DNA of 63,343 nt, counting the filler, from Choristocarpus tenellus KU-1152 (lineage: Eukaryota > Protista > Phaeophyceae): the NCBI GenBank assembly GCA_964200185.2. It is 11 parts of 11 records of this genome, joined end to end, with 100 filler letters (N's around TTAATTAATTAA, not from the genome) between each part and the next. Parts side by side here need not be neighbours in the genome. Positions count along the whole stretch, not along the records: positions 56,435 to 63,343 come from CAXNAD020007086.1; 10 more parts are not named here. One strand, written 5' to 3'. Under the pieces are notes generated by a model, which was not told the origin of the DNA, ran no database searches, and saw only the letters and a program-made list of their open reading frames with translations. Every line of letters begins with the position of its first letter. Position 1 is the first letter of the stretch. Shown one piece after another: positions 60,627 through 63,343 of this stretch. Made by a program: the position numbers and the translations under genes.

Positions 60627-62798
60627 ATGCAAAACCCAACCTCCACCGTGATATCCGACTGCCAAGTCACTCACCCCGCAGAATCCAATCCACTTCTGAG
60701 GAAATCCATCCTTCCGCATAATCGTACCCTTGCTCGATACTTCCCACACCTGTCCCTGCTCTCAACTACCATGAATACAGATCGCCTGGCAGCTGCTGAG
60801 AACTTCGCATTAAGCAAGGAGATTGCTGAGCTGGAGGGTAGACGCGCACCCATCACCGTTGAAATCGACCCTTGCCCGTTCAGGTTGCACGCGGACACTG
60901 TTTTGGTGGCAAGAACTTCCATGCACCCTTCTGAAGATGTACCACAGATTTCGCACTTCTCGCCATCGTTGGTAGGGTCTTCTCCAAACACTCCCATGCC
61001 AAAGACCAATGAGAAAACGGTGGGGATATCGCCTCGACGAGAGAAGAAACAGGCTAGAGAAAGCGATTTAGAAAATTCAGCGAAGAGCTCCCAAAGGTCC
61101 ATGGAAGGGATCGAGGATGGTCACCCCCCACCTGCTTCTATGGAAGAAGTCCCTTCCGTCCACTCCTATATGAATGCACCGGATGCATTACCCGCTCCAC
61201 CACCGTTAGTGGGGCCAAGTCCAGTGGAATTAACCATGATGGCTCAAGAGGGAATTGCCATGGTAGCACCGGAAGCAGGAGAGGAAGAGCAGGCTAGAGG
61301 GACAAACAGTCGGAATCCAGCAAAGAATTCCCAGAGGTTGGTCGAGGGGATCAGGGAAGGTCGTACTCTGCCTGTCCCAGTGGCAAGAACATCCAAACCG
61401 TGCCCCTCTGAGGATTCGCTGGATATTCTACCAATCCCAACACCGTTAGAACAGCCCGCTTCAGTAACTCCCACTAACATAACACGGAAGGTAAGTGTGA
61501 GGGTAGAGCAGGAAGCAGGAGGGGAGGAACTGGTGAGGGAGACAATTAGAGAGACTCCAGCAAAGAACTCCCAAGGGTCTATTAATATTGAGTTGGTCGA
61601 GGAGGTTCATGCCCCAATGAGGTCACCAGAGGTCATCGCCCCTGCAACTATGAAACCTCCATTCAGTTCAGACGACTCTCCTCTTGCCAACAACAAATTC
61701 TCTCCCTCCTCTAAAGTCGTATCCGACATGGATGTGGGAGACTGGACTGGGACTAAAATGGGGAATGGGGCAGCACTGGCACAGGAGAAAATCTCGATGG
61801 TGAGTGAAACGTCATCGGTGTTGAGTAGTACATCGTTCAAGGATACTTTAAATTCTTGGGAAGATCACATTGAAGAGGCAGCAGTAATATCTGATGGGGT
61901 GACAGTGGCAGAGGCAGCTGCTTTTATGATGGATGAGAAACCACCACTCTCCCGACCTGGATCGTATATGTCCCATACTACTGAAGGCAATGGAGCCTCA
62001 GTATTTCCTGTGGAGAGTGAAGAAGCGTTTGCTACTCCTTTTGATAGTGTTGTATCAGGGGCAAGTGGAGGGCTAGTGGTGACGGAATGGGGACCAGAAG
62101 CTGAGGGCACCCTTTGTGGAGACAGTCTGTTCTCCAGTGGTGTGGCGATGGTGATGACCGGGATGAAGGCTGAGGAGGTTGTAATGATGGACTCTCGATT
62201 TCAAACGGCAACAGACATAGCATCCACTTCAACAGTGTGTGCCACAAATGGTCTCCAACCAGCTTCAGAGTCGCTTGTCGCCCCCTCACCCTCACCCTCA
62301 CTCAAACTTGCACCTTTCCACTTGGACCACAAGAACAACAAAGGAAGTCAGCAAGATAGAGATCCAGAAGAGAGGAATGGGATATGCTTGAATGCTGCTA
62401 TGGGGGACCCTGAAGCTGAGCCAGGGAGTGAGAACCCTGGTCCTCCCCTCCATACTCCCTCAGTAGTGACAACACACGATGGGCCCCAGCGAGAATCTAG
62501 TGAGAGAAGAAAAGGACCAAATACCATTTCCAACCTCTCCAACCCTCCAGCATACTCAACATCGATATTATCCAATGGCGTCTCTCATTATATCGAGAAA
62601 GGCGAAGAGTTGGAAGATACAGGGTCCCATAGGGGAGGCAAAGGACACAGCTTGGCAACACAGGCAGCAGATCTGGGGTTGGAAGGTGACCTTGGGAGTG
62701 GGGACAGAGAAGCAGTGAATACTGCAAGGTGTGAGGGGGGGCAGGATGTTGAGACTGTGTTGAAGAATGGTGGTGGAGGATGTTGCATAATAACATAA
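60627..62798 (+). CDS. Hypothetical disordered S/P/E-rich protein with three ~80-aa repeats and C-terminal CCIIT (CaaX-like)
   Basis: 723-codon ORF with repeats anchored on SAKSSQR / PAKNSQR / PAKNSQG, ending GGGGCCIIT-stop. The true start is uncertain. Confidence 0.6.
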   Translation: MQNPTSTVISDCQVTHPAESNPLLRKSILPHNRTLARYFPHLSLLSTTMNTDRLAAAENFALSKEIAELEGRRAPITVEIDPCPFRLHADTVLVARTSMHPSEDVPQISHFSPSLVGSSPNTPMPKTNEKTVGISPRREKKQARESDLENSAKSSQRSMEGIEDGHPPPASMEEVPSVHSYMNAPDALPAPPPLVGPSPVELTMMAQEGIAMVAPEAGEEEQARGTNSRNPAKNSQRLVEGIREGRTLPVPVARTSKPCPSEDSLDILPIPTPLEQPASVTPTNITRKVSVRVEQEAGGEELVRETIRETPAKNSQGSINIELVEEVHAPMRSPEVIAPATMKPPFSSDDSPLANNKFSPSSKVVSDMDVGDWTGTKMGNGAALAQEKISMVSETSSVLSSTSFKDTLNSWEDHIEEAAVISDGVTVAEAAAFMMDEKPPLSRPGSYMSHTTEGNGASVFPVESEEAFATPFDSVVSGASGGLVVTEWGPEAEGTLCGDSLFSSGVAMVMTGMKAEEVVMMDSRFQTATDIASTSTVCATNGLQPASESLVAPSPSPSLKLAPFHLDHKNNKGSQQDRDPEERNGICLNAAMGDPEAEPGSENPGPPLHTPSVVTTHDGPQRESSERRKGPNTISNLSNPPAYSTSILSNGVSHYIEKGEELEDTGSHRGGKGHSLATQAADLGLEGDLGSGDREAVNTARCEGGQDVETVLKNGGGGCCIIT

Positions 62799-63343
62799 CG
62801 TGGTAAATACATAGCGAGGTCAGTAAACAAAGGGGGTGATAGGATTGCAGCAGCTGCACAAGATAGTTCTTTTTTTTCAAGTATTTTGTAGGACCTCAGC
62901 GGGATGAAGTAGATGAGTCATGTTATGTGCAGCCTGGACTTGACTTTTTGTATTCAGACAATCATTCAGTGAAGCCAGAGTATTTGGCTGGTGTGTATTG
63001 CAGTAGGCAACATTAGTGACATTGTGGACAAATGCATGTGGAAGACTCCCGTGGGTCTTAAGTGACTGTTTATGTTGGGTTGAATCCTGGACTGTTACTC
63101 GTTTGGGGTACTGTAGATCAAGTCTCTGGCAACAGTGCATCACACTGTTGTGATAAATTATACTAGATTTGGTACTTATTCTTAGCTCAACAATTTCAGT
63201 GTATTTGTTTGAGAAGTTTTGATTGCGTAAAATCAGACCAAATTTGGCATTCTTTCCAGAGACAACATTTTTTTCATATCACACTATTGTATAGAGTGGC
63301 AAGTTGTATTAACCCCCCACCCCCCTCATAGGGTTTTTTATCC

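Overview
This is eukaryotic nuclear DNA, not prokaryotic. It is 11 short contigs joined by ten identical 100-nt artificial linkers (N44-TTAATTAATTAA-N44), so gene neighbourhoods across linkers are meaningless. Spliceosomal GT-AG genes, (TTAGGG)n tracts, centriole genes (PLK4, CCDC81-like) and a signal-peptide plus LRGG presequence suggest a flagellate-stage photosynthetic stramenopile, probably a brown alga or relative (inference). Recognisable genes are BUB3 head-to-head with endonuclease G, PLK4, PRP19, a HAD-IA phosphatase, and a RIG-I/Dicer-type DExD/H helicase with a C-terminal dsRBD head-to-head with a Derlin-like gene. There is also a secreted Ac45/VOA1-like protein and a 723-aa repeat protein ending in CaaX. 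Most genes are cut off by contig ends. Intergenic DNA holds Ty1/copia remnants and LTRs, three related MITE families, and micro- and minisatellites. The most notable items are (i) a decayed AT-rich bacterial-type insert with a Rickettsiales-like rpe and a ProP-like MFS fragment, carrying host transposon insertions, (ii) the helicase-dsRBD protein with no visible RNase III domain, (iii) the MITE group sharing one terminal motif, and (iv) A-tract 3' splice sites. No CRISPR, rRNA or tRNA was seen.
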